A DNA stretch of 64,000 nt from Longimicrobiales bacterium (GTDB lineage: Bacteria; Gemmatimonadota; Gemmatimonadetes; Longimicrobiales; Gaopeijiaceae), in NCBI GenBank assembly GCA_965202985.1, contig CBDBCF010000001.1:1504001-1568000 (forward strand). Direction: 5' to 3'. The position numbers and the translations under genes are program-made. Shown in pieces: positions 18,316 to 27,082 of this stretch. The notes below the pieces were generated by a model, which saw only the letters and a program-made list of their open reading frames with translations, ran no database searches and was not told where the DNA came from. Positions within the stretch are counted from its first letter, which is position 1. Each line of letters begins with the position of its first letter.

Positions 18316-20103
18316 TCAGGACTTGCGCGCGCCGGAGCCGGGCTTGTGCATCCCGGGCCCGGCCGCCATGGCCTTCTTCCTCTGCTTGGCGATCAGAACC
18401 TGTTGCGGAATCGTCGCTATGTTGACGATCGAGTAGTACAAGTTCAGACCCGACGCGAAGTTCCAGAATATGAAGGTCATCATCGGGGGCATGATGTACA
18501 TCAACATCTTCATCTGCGGATTGGCGGTGCCGGCCGCCTTAATGCTGATGAACTGCAAGAGAAACATGCTGGCGCCCAAGAACAGCGGCAACGCGTAGTA
18601 GGGGTCCGGGGCCGACAGGTCCGGCAACCACAAGAACGCCTCGCCCCTTAGCTCAATCGTGTTCTGAAAGACAAAGAACAACGCGATCAGGACCGGCCAC
18701 GGCAACAGCATCGGGAAGCACCCCGCCAGCGGATTGACGCCGTGCTCCTTGTACAACTTCAGCGTCTCTCTTTGCAGCCGTTCGCGATCGTCGGCGTACT
18801 TCTTTTGCAACTCCTGCAACAGCGGCGTCACCGCCATGCCCTTGACCTGGGCGCGCATCGACTTCTGGTAAAGCGGCCACATCAAGACGCGCATCAGCAA
18901 GCCGATGACGATCAGGACCCAGCCGTAGCTCAACAGCAGCGTCTCGTGCAAGAAGTTCATCAGCCAGATGACGATTCCGACGAAAGGCCGGACGATGGGG
19001 CGGAAGAAGCGCCAGCCGTAGGGGTTGACCTCTTCCAAGTCGTCGCCGGCGGCCACCAGCCGGTCGCGCTCCATGGGTCCCAGGTAGGTTCGGTACGCAT
19101 AGGCGCCCGCGGGCGAGACGGGCATGGCCACGCGCACCGCAGGCGCCGCTCCGGGCATCCCCGGGCGAACCGAGAGTCCCGCCAGGAAGTTGGGCGCTCC
19201 CGCCGCGTCGCCCCCGTCCTCGCCCCGGGGAAGCACTGCATGGAGGAAGAACTTGCTCTTGACGCCAGCCCACAACAGGGGTCCGTCGATCCGCTCGGGG
19301 CCATCCACGCGCTCCAGGGGTCGGGCCCGGATTCCGTCGTCCAGGCGGTTGCCCGAGAACGCCATCATGCGCCGGTCCTCCGCCGCCCGGAGTTCGTTGA
19401 CCGCCAAGCCGGGCGCCATGTCCAGCACCAAGGTCGTGCGGTCCGGCGCGGGAAGCTGCGGAAGCCGGCCGTCCACATGCACCATGTACGAGTCGGCGAA
19501 GAAGGTGTAGCGGACCTCGGCGAAGAACTGTCCGGAGGGGTGGTCGAAGCGGAAGACCAGGGTTGCGGAGTCGGGGCCGCCCTCGGCGTCGGCGTCGGCC
19601 CCCAGCCGAATCCCGTCGGCCGGCGTCACCGAGAAGGGGAACCGCGACAGCGACACGGTGTCGGCACCGGTCCCGTAGGCCCAGAGACCGCCCAGCACGC
19701 GCCGGGCGTCGGGCGGCATCAGCTGCACCACCCCGTCTCGGGCGAAGGAGCGGTACTCGAAGAGCTCCACCGACCGCACCGTGGCGCCGTAGTTGGAGAA
19801 CTCGAGCCGGAAGAGCGGCGTTTCGACCCGCACCAAGCGCTCGGCGACCGAGTCGGCGGTCTCGGCCGGCTCGGCGGCCGCTTCGGCGCCGGGGCGACCC
19901 TCGACTCCGTTCAAGGGAAACGCGCCCGAGGCGTCTTCGCCGGCGGCCGGAACCTCTCCGGATTCGCCCGCTTCGCCCAGCTCGGCCGCGCCCTCCGGGG
20001 CGGGCGGCTCCGGCGGAGACGGGAAGAGCAGGTTCGTGCCGACGATGACGCCCATCATGAGCGTCACCGCAAGCAGCAACCGTCGGATCTCCGGTCCTGT
20101 CAC
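18316..20103 (-). CDS. yidC: Membrane protein insertase YidC
   Basis: N-terminal TM, periplasmic domain, LYKEHGVNPLAGCFP, WLPDLSAPDPYY, SGLNLYY. Confidence 0.97.
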   Translation of the reverse strand: MTGPEIRRLLLAVTLMMGVIVGTNLLFPSPPEPPAPEGAAELGEAGESGEVPAAGEDASGAFPLNGVEGRPGAEAAAEPAETADSVAERLVRVETPLFRLEFSNYGATVRSVELFEYRSFARDGVVQLMPPDARRVLGGLWAYGTGADTVSLSRFPFSVTPADGIRLGADADAEGGPDSATLVFRFDHPSGQFFAEVRYTFFADSYMVHVDGRLPQLPAPDRTTLVLDMAPGLAVNELRAAEDRRMMAFSGNRLDDGIRARPLERVDGPERIDGPLLWAGVKSKFFLHAVLPRGEDGGDAAGAPNFLAGLSVRPGMPGAAPAVRVAMPVSPAGAYAYRTYLGPMERDRLVAAGDDLEEVNPYGWRFFRPIVRPFVGIVIWLMNFLHETLLLSYGWVLIVIGLLMRVLMWPLYQKSMRAQVKGMAVTPLLQELQKKYADDRERLQRETLKLYKEHGVNPLAGCFPMLLPWPVLIALFFVFQNTIELRGEAFLWLPDLSAPDPYYALPLFLGASMFLLQFISIKAAGTANPQMKMLMYIMPPMMTFIFWNFASGLNLYYSIVNIATIPQQVLIAKQRKKAMAAGPGMHKPGSGARKS

Positions 20104-20348
20104 GCCGCCTCCCTTCGTTCGGCGTTCGCCGGCCTGGCGGGTACCGGATCAAAGCCTGCGCCGCCCCAAGGGTGGCACCGGGCCAGACGCTTGATGCTCA
20201 GCCAGCCGCCCCTTCCCGGGCCGTGGCGCCGGATCGCCCGCACCGCGTACTCCGAGCACGTGGGCTGAAACCGGCAGACGCCGGGCATCCTGACGGACAC
20301 CCACTGCTGGTACAGCCGGATCATCGCCGTCAACGCCGTCTTGAGCAC
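20100..20348 (-). CDS. yidD: Membrane protein insertion efficiency factor YidD
   Basis: CRFQPTCSEYA...RCHPWGGAGFDPVP. Confidence 0.95.
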   Translation of the reverse strand: MLKTALTAMIRLYQQWVSVRMPGVCRFQPTCSEYAVRAIRRHGPGRGGWLSIKRLARCHPWGGAGFDPVPARPANAERREAA

Positions 20349-20722
20349 GCCCCCTCCACCACGGCCATCACTTCCGCTTCCAGCTGTCCATACGAGGCCC
20401 GGTACGCCGGTGTTCTGGCGCGGACCAGCACGTCGGCCGCCAGCCCCGCCTGGCGCAGGCGAACCAGCACCCGGCGCCGGCCGATCTCCCGCAACCGTCG
20501 CTTCAGGCGGTTCCGCTCGACGATCCGCCGGCCCAGCTTGGGCACCACCCAGCCGACCCGCGCCCGGTCGCCGCCCGAATCCAGCACGAGAACCTCCAGG
20601 GAGGCCGTCCGGGTTCGGCGTCCCCGGCGGAAGAGGGCGCCGATGTCGCGACGGCGCCGGAGCCGGGCCGAACGGGGTAGGCGCTCGGTCTCGGGGGGCG
20701 CTCCCGAGCTGGCGGAGTTCAC
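20330..20722 (-). CDS. rnpA: Ribonuclease P protein component
   Basis: RNRLKRRLRE motif; canonical position between rpmH and yidD. Confidence 0.92.
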   Translation of the reverse strand: MNSASSGAPPETERLPRSARLRRRRDIGALFRRGRRTRTASLEVLVLDSGGDRARVGWVVPKLGRRIVERNRLKRRLREIGRRRVLVRLRQAGLAADVLVRARTPAYRASYGQLEAEVMAVVEGACSRRR

Positions 20723-20730
20723 GCGGGAGC

Positions 20731-20889
20731 TTACCGGGCGTACTTGGATCCGGTCCGGACTGAGAGCGTCTTGCGGCCCCGGCGGCGGCGGCGGTTGAGC
20801 GTCTTGCGGCCCGCCCGCGTGCCCATGCGGGCCCGGAAGCCGTGCTTGTTCAACCGCTTGCGGTTCCGCGGCCTGTAGGTCGGTTTCAT
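20731..20889 (-). CDS. rpmH: 50S ribosomal protein L34
   Basis: Hand translation [52 protein letters not shown] (52 aa; below the ORF-track cutoff). Confidence 0.97.
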   Translation of the reverse strand: MKPTYRPRNRKRLNKHGFRARMGTRAGRKTLNRRRRRGRKTLSVRTGSKYAR

Positions 20890-20939
20890 TCTTCCGCGCA
20901 CCTGCACCTAGTGAGAAGTCGAAGCGTGTCCAGCCGTGG

Positions 20940-20969
20940 AAGGTAGCCGCTCGCCGACACCGAGGTCAA
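20940..20969 (-). promoter_or_regulatory. Predicted sigma70-type promoter for rpmH
   Basis: Minus strand TTGACC-N18-TACCTT. Confidence 0.55.
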
Positions 20970-21002
20970 GCCGGGAACCTCCGCTCGTCTTGGCCGCCCT
21001 CC

Positions 21003-22490
21003 TTGCCCTCTCCCCGGCTGATTGACTTCCGGCAGGCGCACGGGTACCTTGCCGCCCCTTCCTCAACCCAACCGGCGGGCAGACCACTGGGCGCGAACGA
21101 ACTCTGGGATCGGATCATCGAGCACGCCAGAACGGGCGTTACCGAGCACACCTACAACGCTTGGTTCTCCACGGCCAAGCCGCTGTCCTGGTCGGAGGGG
21201 ATCCTTCGCGTCGAGGTCCCCACGCAGTTCAACGCCGAGTGGCTGGAGGACAAGTACGGCTCGCTCCTCCAGGACTTGGGCACGCGGATAGCCGGCACCC
21301 CGATCGCGCTGCAGGTCGCCGTCAAAGGCGTGTCGCCCGGGCGCCAGCCGCCGGAGGTCACGCTGGAGTCGGTCTCGCCCCCGCCCTCTCCCGACGCCTC
21401 GCGGCAGGCCTCGTCTCCAGCGGCGCCTCCCGCCCCCACCCCCAGCCTCAACGCCCGCTACACTTTCGACCACTTCGTCGTGGGCGAGAACAACCGGCTG
21501 GCCCAGGCGGCCAGCATCGCCGTGGCGGAACAGCCGGGGCAGTCGTACAACCCGCTCTTCCTCCACGGACCCACGGGCCTGGGGAAGACCCACCTGATGC
21601 AGGCCATTGCCCACCGCATCCTGGACTCCGGGAGCGGCCCGGCCCGGATCTGCTACATCCCCGCCGAGCAGTTCATGAACGAGATGGTGGCCGCGATCCA
21701 GGAGAACAGGACCGACGCCTTCCGAGCCCGCTACCGATCCTACGAGCTCCTCTTGGTGGACGACGTGCAGTTTCTCCGGAAGAAGGAACACACGCAGGAA
21801 GAGTTCTTCCACACCTTCAACGCGCTCTACAACGGGGGCCGCCAGATCGTCCTCACCAGCGACCGGCGCCCCAAGGACCTCGAGGGGCTGGAAGAGCGCC
21901 TGGTATCGCGCTTCGAATGGGGCTTGGTGACCGACGTGAGCGCGCCCGACTACGAGACGAGGGTCGCCATCTTGCGGAAGAAAGCCCAGCAGGACCACGT
22001 GGAGCTTGACCCGGCGATCATCGACTTGGTTGCGCGTTGCTACCGCTCGTCGGTGCGCGAGCTGGAAGGAGCGGTCCTCAAGCTGCTGGCGTTCGGTTCG
22101 CTGACCCGCCAGGAGATCACGCTGGAGATGGCGCGAGCCACCCTGGCCGGATACGGCGATGGCCCGACGGCAAACGGAGACGGTCCGACCGACGGCCTGG
22201 AATCGCCCGAGGCCGTGCGCGACTGGGTGGCCGCCCAGTATGGCCTGTCCGGAGCCACCCTGGCGTCCAAGGGCCGAAGCCGAGAGATCAGCTTGGCGCG
22301 CCAAGTCGCCATGTACCTGATCAAGGAGGTGTTGGAGGTGCCGCTGGCCCGGATCGGAAAGGCGTTCGGCGGAAGAGACCACTCCACCGTCCTCTACTCC
22401 GTAAGGCAAGTCAAGCGGCGCATGGATGCGGAGCACGGCTCTCGGCAACGGCTCGAGGCAATGGAGCAGAAACTGCGGAGGTCGGCATGA
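21003..22490 (+). CDS. dnaA: Chromosomal replication initiator DnaA (start uncertain: TTG 21003 or CTG 21087)
   Basis: YNPLFLHGPTGLGKTH, LLVDDVQF, QEEFFHTFN, RLVSRFEWG, FGGRDHSTV. Confidence 0.98.
   Translation: MPSPRLIDFRQAHGYLAAPSSTQPAGRPLGANELWDRIIEHARTGVTEHTYNAWFSTAKPLSWSEGILRVEVPTQFNAEWLEDKYGSLLQDLGTRIAGTPIALQVAVKGVSPGRQPPEVTLESVSPPPSPDASRQASSPAAPPAPTPSLNARYTFDHFVVGENNRLAQAASIAVAEQPGQSYNPLFLHGPTGLGKTHLMQAIAHRILDSGSGPARICYIPAEQFMNEMVAAIQENRTDAFRARYRSYELLLVDDVQFLRKKEHTQEEFFHTFNALYNGGRQIVLTSDRRPKDLEGLEERLVSRFEWGLVTDVSAPDYETRVAILRKKAQQDHVELDPAIIDLVARCYRSSVRELEGAVLKLLAFGSLTRQEITLEMARATLAGYGDGPTANGDGPTDGLESPEAVRDWVAAQYGLSGATLASKGRSREISLARQVAMYLIKEVLEVPLARIGKAFGGRDHSTVLYSVRQVKRRMDAEHGSRQRLEAMEQKLRRSA
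21022..21050 (+). promoter_or_regulatory. Predicted sigma70-type promoter for dnaA
   Basis: TTGACT-N17-TACCTT, back-to-back with the rpmH promoter and with the same -10 hexamer. Confidence 0.55.
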
Positions 22491-22797
22491 ACGCCTGCCA
22501 ATCCCGGCGCTTTGTAAACAACCGACTGTGGAAAACCCTGTTGAAAGTGTGGAAAATCACGCCTTCTCCACTTCGGCGTCTCGGGGCGGCGGCGTTTGCC
22601 GTGGAGTCCCGATCACGAACCGTGGAGAACTCGACCCCTTGGATTCTCCCGATTCGACAACGTTTCCTACAGCACTCGACCTGCTTTTCCACATTTCCAT
22701 GGCCCTCTATAATTACGAGAGCTTCTATCCTTAACCTGTTAGCACCAACCCGTCCGACGCTTCCGATCTTCGTTTCCCCCACGCTCCGAGGTGCTCC
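22491..22797. other. oriC: Replication origin oriC (dnaA-dnaN intergenic)
   Basis: DnaA-box-like 9-mers TTGTAAACA 22512, TGTGGAAAA 22527, TGTTGAAAG 22539, TGTGGAAAA 22548, CGTGGAGAA 22621, TTTTCCACA 22685, followed by an AT-rich element; genes to the left are all transcribed away from it. Confidence 0.88.
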
Positions 22798-23916
22798 ATG
22801 AAACTGACCATCACCCCCCAGAACCTGACCCGGGGGTTGAACGCCGTCACCGCAACGATCCCCACTCGGTCGTCGCTCCCAGTTCTCTCCAACGTCCTGC
22901 TGGAGGCGGACGGCGACGGCATGTCGGTGAGCGGAACCGACTTGGACGTGTCGGTGCGGATTCGGGTTCCCGCGGAGGTGACCGATCCGGGGTCCGTCAC
23001 CGTGCCCGGCAAGAAGTTCCAGGAACTGGCGCGCGAGCTTCCCGACCATCCGGTGAGCCTCGAGGCGAAGGGGGAGCAGCTCGAGGGATCGTGCGGGAGG
23101 AGCCGGTTCAAGCTCAACGGCCTTCCCAGCGAGGAGTTCCCCACCCTGCCCGAGGTCGACTTCGACGAAGGCTGGGCGGTCGTGAGCAGCGACCTGGACA
23201 AGCTGATCAGCGCCACGTCGTTCGCCGCGTCCACGGAAGAGAGCCGGCCGATCCTGAACGGAGTTCTGTGGGAGCTCAAGCCCGAAGAGATGGTCATGGT
23301 GGCAACCAACGGACACCGGTTGGCCAGGATGGCCGTGAAGACCGACCGACCGACGGCCTCGGACGCCATGGACGGCCTAATCGTCGCTCCCGCTGCGCTT
23401 GGACAAGCGCGCCGCCTGTTCGAGGAAGCCGACGAACTCCGCGTGGCCAAGAGCGGGAACCACCTGGGGTTCCGCTCCGTAGGGTCGGTGGACGCCCAGG
23501 TGTACACGAGGCTCATTGAGGGGAAGTACCCCAACTACGAGCAGGTGATCCCACGGGACAACGACAAGATCGCCACCGTGGAGCGGGAGGCGCTGTTGTC
23601 AGCGGTCCGGCGCATGGCCGTGGTCGCTGCCGACCCGCCGCACCGCGTTCGGCTCCGGTTCGAGGCCGACCGCCTGCTTCTGGACGTGCGAACTTCGGAC
23701 CTGGGCGAGGCCGAAGACGAGGTGGCCATGGAGTACCAAGGAGACCAGCAGGAGATCGGCTTCAACGCCCAGTACATGCTGGAGATCCTTCGGAACATGC
23801 CGGCAGGCAACGACGTGCGCTTCGAGTTCAAGACGGCGGAGCGCGCCGCCACGATGGAGCCGGTGGACGAGGAGGAGGACTACCTGTGTCTGATCATGCC
23901 GCTTCGGCTGGACTGA
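22798..23916 (+). CDS. dnaN: DNA polymerase III beta clamp
   Basis: SGTDLD, ESRPILNG, VATNGHRL, LIEGKYPNY, IGFN, LIMPLRL. Confidence 0.98.
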   Translation: MKLTITPQNLTRGLNAVTATIPTRSSLPVLSNVLLEADGDGMSVSGTDLDVSVRIRVPAEVTDPGSVTVPGKKFQELARELPDHPVSLEAKGEQLEGSCGRSRFKLNGLPSEEFPTLPEVDFDEGWAVVSSDLDKLISATSFAASTEESRPILNGVLWELKPEEMVMVATNGHRLARMAVKTDRPTASDAMDGLIVAPAALGQARRLFEEADELRVAKSGNHLGFRSVGSVDAQVYTRLIEGKYPNYEQVIPRDNDKIATVEREALLSAVRRMAVVAADPPHRVRLRFEADRLLLDVRTSDLGEAEDEVAMEYQGDQQEIGFNAQYMLEILRNMPAGNDVRFEFKTAERAATMEPVDEEEDYLCLIMPLRLD

Positions 23917-23921
23917 TTACG

Positions 23922-24473
23922 CTAGCCCGTTCGGAGAAGTTCCGCCGCGGTAAACACGGTTCGCAGCGCGTATCCGGCCTGGGCTGCGCGCTCGCGTCCC
24001 CCCTCCTCTCGATCCACAAGCGCCAGCATCCCCAGCACACGAGCCTCGGCGGCGACCACGGCCTCCGCCGCTCGCAACAGGCTCCCGCCCGAGGTCACCG
24101 TGTCGTCCACGACGACCACCTTGGCGCCCACCGGAAGGCCGCCCTCGATCCGCCGACCGGCCCCGTGCCCCTTTGCGTGCTTCCGCACCGTGAAGGCATT
24201 CAGCGAGCGCCCCAGGCGGGTGGCGTGGGCGGCCACCGCGTAGGCCACGGGATCGGCGCCCAGCGTGAGTCCGCCGACGTAATCTGGCTCCCAGCCGGCG
24301 GCGCGGATCGCTTCGTGGCCGGCCTCGCCCACCAGCAGGAGGCCGCGGCCCGTCATGGTCGTGGCGCGGGCGTCGATGTAGTACGAAGAGCGAGCGCCGC
24401 TGGCGAGGGTGAAGTCGCCGTGCCGAACGCTGCGCTCCCGGAGGAGGTCGCGAAGGGGCGAAAGAGCGTCCAC
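23922..24473 (-). CDS. pyrE: Orotate phosphoribosyltransferase
   Basis: GDFTLASGARSSYYID, VRKHAKGHG, VVDDTVTSGGS; GTG start at 24473. Confidence 0.95.
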   Translation of the reverse strand: MDALSPLRDLLRERSVRHGDFTLASGARSSYYIDARATTMTGRGLLLVGEAGHEAIRAAGWEPDYVGGLTLGADPVAYAVAAHATRLGRSLNAFTVRKHAKGHGAGRRIEGGLPVGAKVVVVDDTVTSGGSLLRAAEAVVAAEARVLGMLALVDREEGGRERAAQAGYALRTVFTAAELLRTG

Positions 24474-24533
24474 GGCGTGGGAAGATACTCCGCTCGGAGG
24501 GGCCGGCAAGGAGCAGGGGCCGGCAAGTGTGGG

Positions 24534-25544
24534 TTGGCGGTTGCTCGCGCGGCGGCCGTGCTGCTTTGCGGAGCGGCGGCGCAGGGTTGCGAAGCGGGCC
24601 CCGGCGGCTTCGGCACGCTCCGGTTCGGCCAGGTCGGCGAGGTGGAGGTCCGCGTGCGCGCACCGCTGAACGGGGGCGTCGGGTGGCAGGAGCAGTTGCT
24701 CACGTGGGAGTCCAGCGGGGCGTGGCGGCTGTACGAAGAGATCGGCTACCGGGAGGTCGTGGGCGAACAGAGCCTGACGCCCAACCCCGGCATCCCCGAG
24801 CTGTTCGCAACGGCGTACGCCTCGTTCATCGACGGGGTCAACACGAACGACGGCTGGAAGCTGTTCTTGGAGCCCGCCCTGCCGTCGCTTCCTGCCGAAC
24901 CGTGCGGCGTCGCCTCGACGGAAGTCGCGCTGGCGATCCGCGACCATCGCCGCGGCCAAGACGCTCAATGGGCGCGCTGCGTGGCGGGCACGTTGCGCTC
25001 TCTGCGACTGAGGCCCGACGAACGCGACGTGACCACCGCCCGAGTCGTCGAAGCGGCCACATACCTTCGCAACCTGACCGTGGGCGAGGGAGACGACGCC
25101 TACGCCTACGCGGGAAGCTGGCCGTTCGCCACGCTGGACAAGGGGGACGAGAGCGGATTGACCCTGGACAAGCCCCGCGTCTTTCGTTCGTCCGACGACC
25201 ACGCGAGCCGCCACGAGGCCCCAGCCGACTGGGAAGCGACGTGGCAGGCCCACGCGCGAGCCGACCGACCGCTTCCCGAAGTGGACTGGGCCACGGAAAT
25301 GGTGCTGCTGGGCACCGTCGGCCCAAGCCAGGAGAGCGGAGACACCGTCGAGGTGCGGCGCATCCTCTACCTGGGGGCGGAGAAGGGCACGCAGATCGAC
25401 TTCGTCCACCAAGTGCCGGGCGACTTCTGCGCTCCCGTGAGCCGCGTCCTGCATCCCTTCCACTTCGTCGTTGCGCCGCGGGCTCCGGCTCCCGTCTTCT
25501 TCGCCGACACCAGAGTAGAGCGAGTGCACTGCGGCGGTTCCTGA
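24534..25544 (+). CDS. Hypothetical lipoprotein, possible PrcB C-terminal-like domain
   Basis: Lipobox-like AAQGC; C-terminal LPEVDWATEMVLLGTVG...PFHFVVAP; start approximate. Confidence 0.55.
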   Translation: MAVARAAAVLLCGAAAQGCEAGPGGFGTLRFGQVGEVEVRVRAPLNGGVGWQEQLLTWESSGAWRLYEEIGYREVVGEQSLTPNPGIPELFATAYASFIDGVNTNDGWKLFLEPALPSLPAEPCGVASTEVALAIRDHRRGQDAQWARCVAGTLRSLRLRPDERDVTTARVVEAATYLRNLTVGEGDDAYAYAGSWPFATLDKGDESGLTLDKPRVFRSSDDHASRHEAPADWEATWQAHARADRPLPEVDWATEMVLLGTVGPSQESGDTVEVRRILYLGAEKGTQIDFVHQVPGDFCAPVSRVLHPFHFVVAPRAPAPVFFADTRVERVHCGGS

Positions 25545-25552
25545 CCGGGCGA

Positions 25553-27082
25553 ATGACCCTCCGAAACCGGTTCGCGGTGCTGTTCATCGCCTTCTCGGTG
25601 ATCAGCGTTCTCGCGGGAGGGCTGGGGCTTGCGCGGACGACGGCCCGCCAGGCGCTGGAAGATGCGCTGGACCGCAAGCTCACGATCGTGGCGGGCTTGG
25701 CCGCGGAGCGGATCCGAGCCGACGACGTGCTCCTCTTCCAAGGCCGGGGCGATCAGTCCACGGAAATGTGGCGCAACTACCACCACGAACTGCTGCGCCT
25801 CGTCAACGACTACGTGGACGACGCGGACGTCTTCGCTTGGCGGCCCGGTGCTTCCTTCGCCGAGGCCCTGGTCACCGACGCGCTTCCCGACTCCACGCAC
25901 CCGGGACAACGCCTTCGATGGGTCGAACTCCACCTTCCGGTCGTGGAGCGGGCCTACCGCGACGGGCAGGCCACCACGGCGCTCCTTCTGGCGGACGACG
26001 GCCGGTACTTCAAGTACGGCATCGTCCGGCTCGAGTCCGACGCGGCTGCCGAGGCCGGTTCGACCCTGGACCAGCCCCGGCCCGAGCTCCGGCGAGCGTT
26101 CCTGGCCGTTCAGATGCCCGCCGACTATACGGAGCCGCTCAAGAGCCTGGATCGACGGATCATCGCCGTCTCCGTCGTCATGTCCGTGCTGGCAGGGCTG
26201 GTGGGGTGGCGGATCGCCGGATGGATCGTGGCGCGCTTGGCGGCACTCAGCCAAGCGGCCCTGCGCATCCAGAGGGGCCGGATGGACCAGCCGATCCAAG
26301 TGACCGGCGAGGACGAGATCAGCCGGCTTGCGCGCGCCATGGAGCGGATGCGGACAGGGATTCGGCGCAGAGACGAGCAGTTGCGGCTCATGCCGTCGCG
26401 GGTAGCCCACGAGATACGCAACCCGCTGGGCGGTCTGGAGCTCTTCGCGTCCGCGGCCCAAGAGACCGACGACCCGGCGGAGCGTCGCCGCATACTGGAC
26501 AAGGTTCGCAAGGAGATCGTGGGGCTCAACGCCATCGTTGAGGAGTTCCTGGGCTTTGCCCGCCCCAGCCTGGGCGAGCGCCACCTTCACGACGTGCGCG
26601 GGCCGGTGGAGGAGGCGGCCGAGCTGACCAGGGCCGAACTGGCCGAACGCGGAGGACGCCTGCACCTGGCCTTTCCGTCGAAACCGCTGCTGGCCCTGGC
26701 GGACCCCGCCCAGGTCAAGCGGTTGGTGCTGAACCTGCTCCGCAACGCATCGCAGGCGGGCGACACGGTGTGGGTGGAGGGCGCCATGGTCCGCGGCGAG
26801 GTGCGAATCGCGGTGCGCGACAACGGCCCCGGCATCGCCCCGGAGCTGCGCGACCGAATCTTCGAACCGTTCGTGAGCGACAAGGAGAAGGGCGCCGGGC
26901 TGGGGCTGGCGATCGTCAAGGACATCGCAGAGGCGTGCCACGGGCGGGTCGAGCTTGCCCAGCCCTCGCCGACCGACGCCGCGCCGCCGACCGGCGCCGA
27001 GTTTCGCGTATACTTGAGTGGTCCCGAGAGCTTGCCTGCCGACGAGGTCTCGCGGAACCCGAATGGGGAGGGCTGGCCATGA
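25553..27082 (+). CDS. HAMP-domain sensor histidine kinase
   Basis: Two TMs, HAMP (DEISRLARAMERM), H-box AHEIRNPL, NLLRNA, DNGPG, GAGLGL. Confidence 0.93.
   Translation: MTLRNRFAVLFIAFSVISVLAGGLGLARTTARQALEDALDRKLTIVAGLAAERIRADDVLLFQGRGDQSTEMWRNYHHELLRLVNDYVDDADVFAWRPGASFAEALVTDALPDSTHPGQRLRWVELHLPVVERAYRDGQATTALLLADDGRYFKYGIVRLESDAAAEAGSTLDQPRPELRRAFLAVQMPADYTEPLKSLDRRIIAVSVVMSVLAGLVGWRIAGWIVARLAALSQAALRIQRGRMDQPIQVTGEDEISRLARAMERMRTGIRRRDEQLRLMPSRVAHEIRNPLGGLELFASAAQETDDPAERRRILDKVRKEIVGLNAIVEEFLGFARPSLGERHLHDVRGPVEEAAELTRAELAERGGRLHLAFPSKPLLALADPAQVKRLVLNLLRNASQAGDTVWVEGAMVRGEVRIAVRDNGPGIAPELRDRIFEPFVSDKEKGAGLGLAIVKDIAEACHGRVELAQPSPTDAAPPTGAEFRVYLSGPESLPADEVSRNPNGEGWP

Noticed and set aside
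15027..18425. 1132-aa plus-strand ORF
   Set aside because: Antisense shadow of mnmG/mnmE; stop-poor because of high GC; no recognisable motifs.
20764..20812. Direct repeat GAGCGTCTTGCGGCCC
   Set aside because: Encodes the two GRKTL segments within L34; not an independent element.
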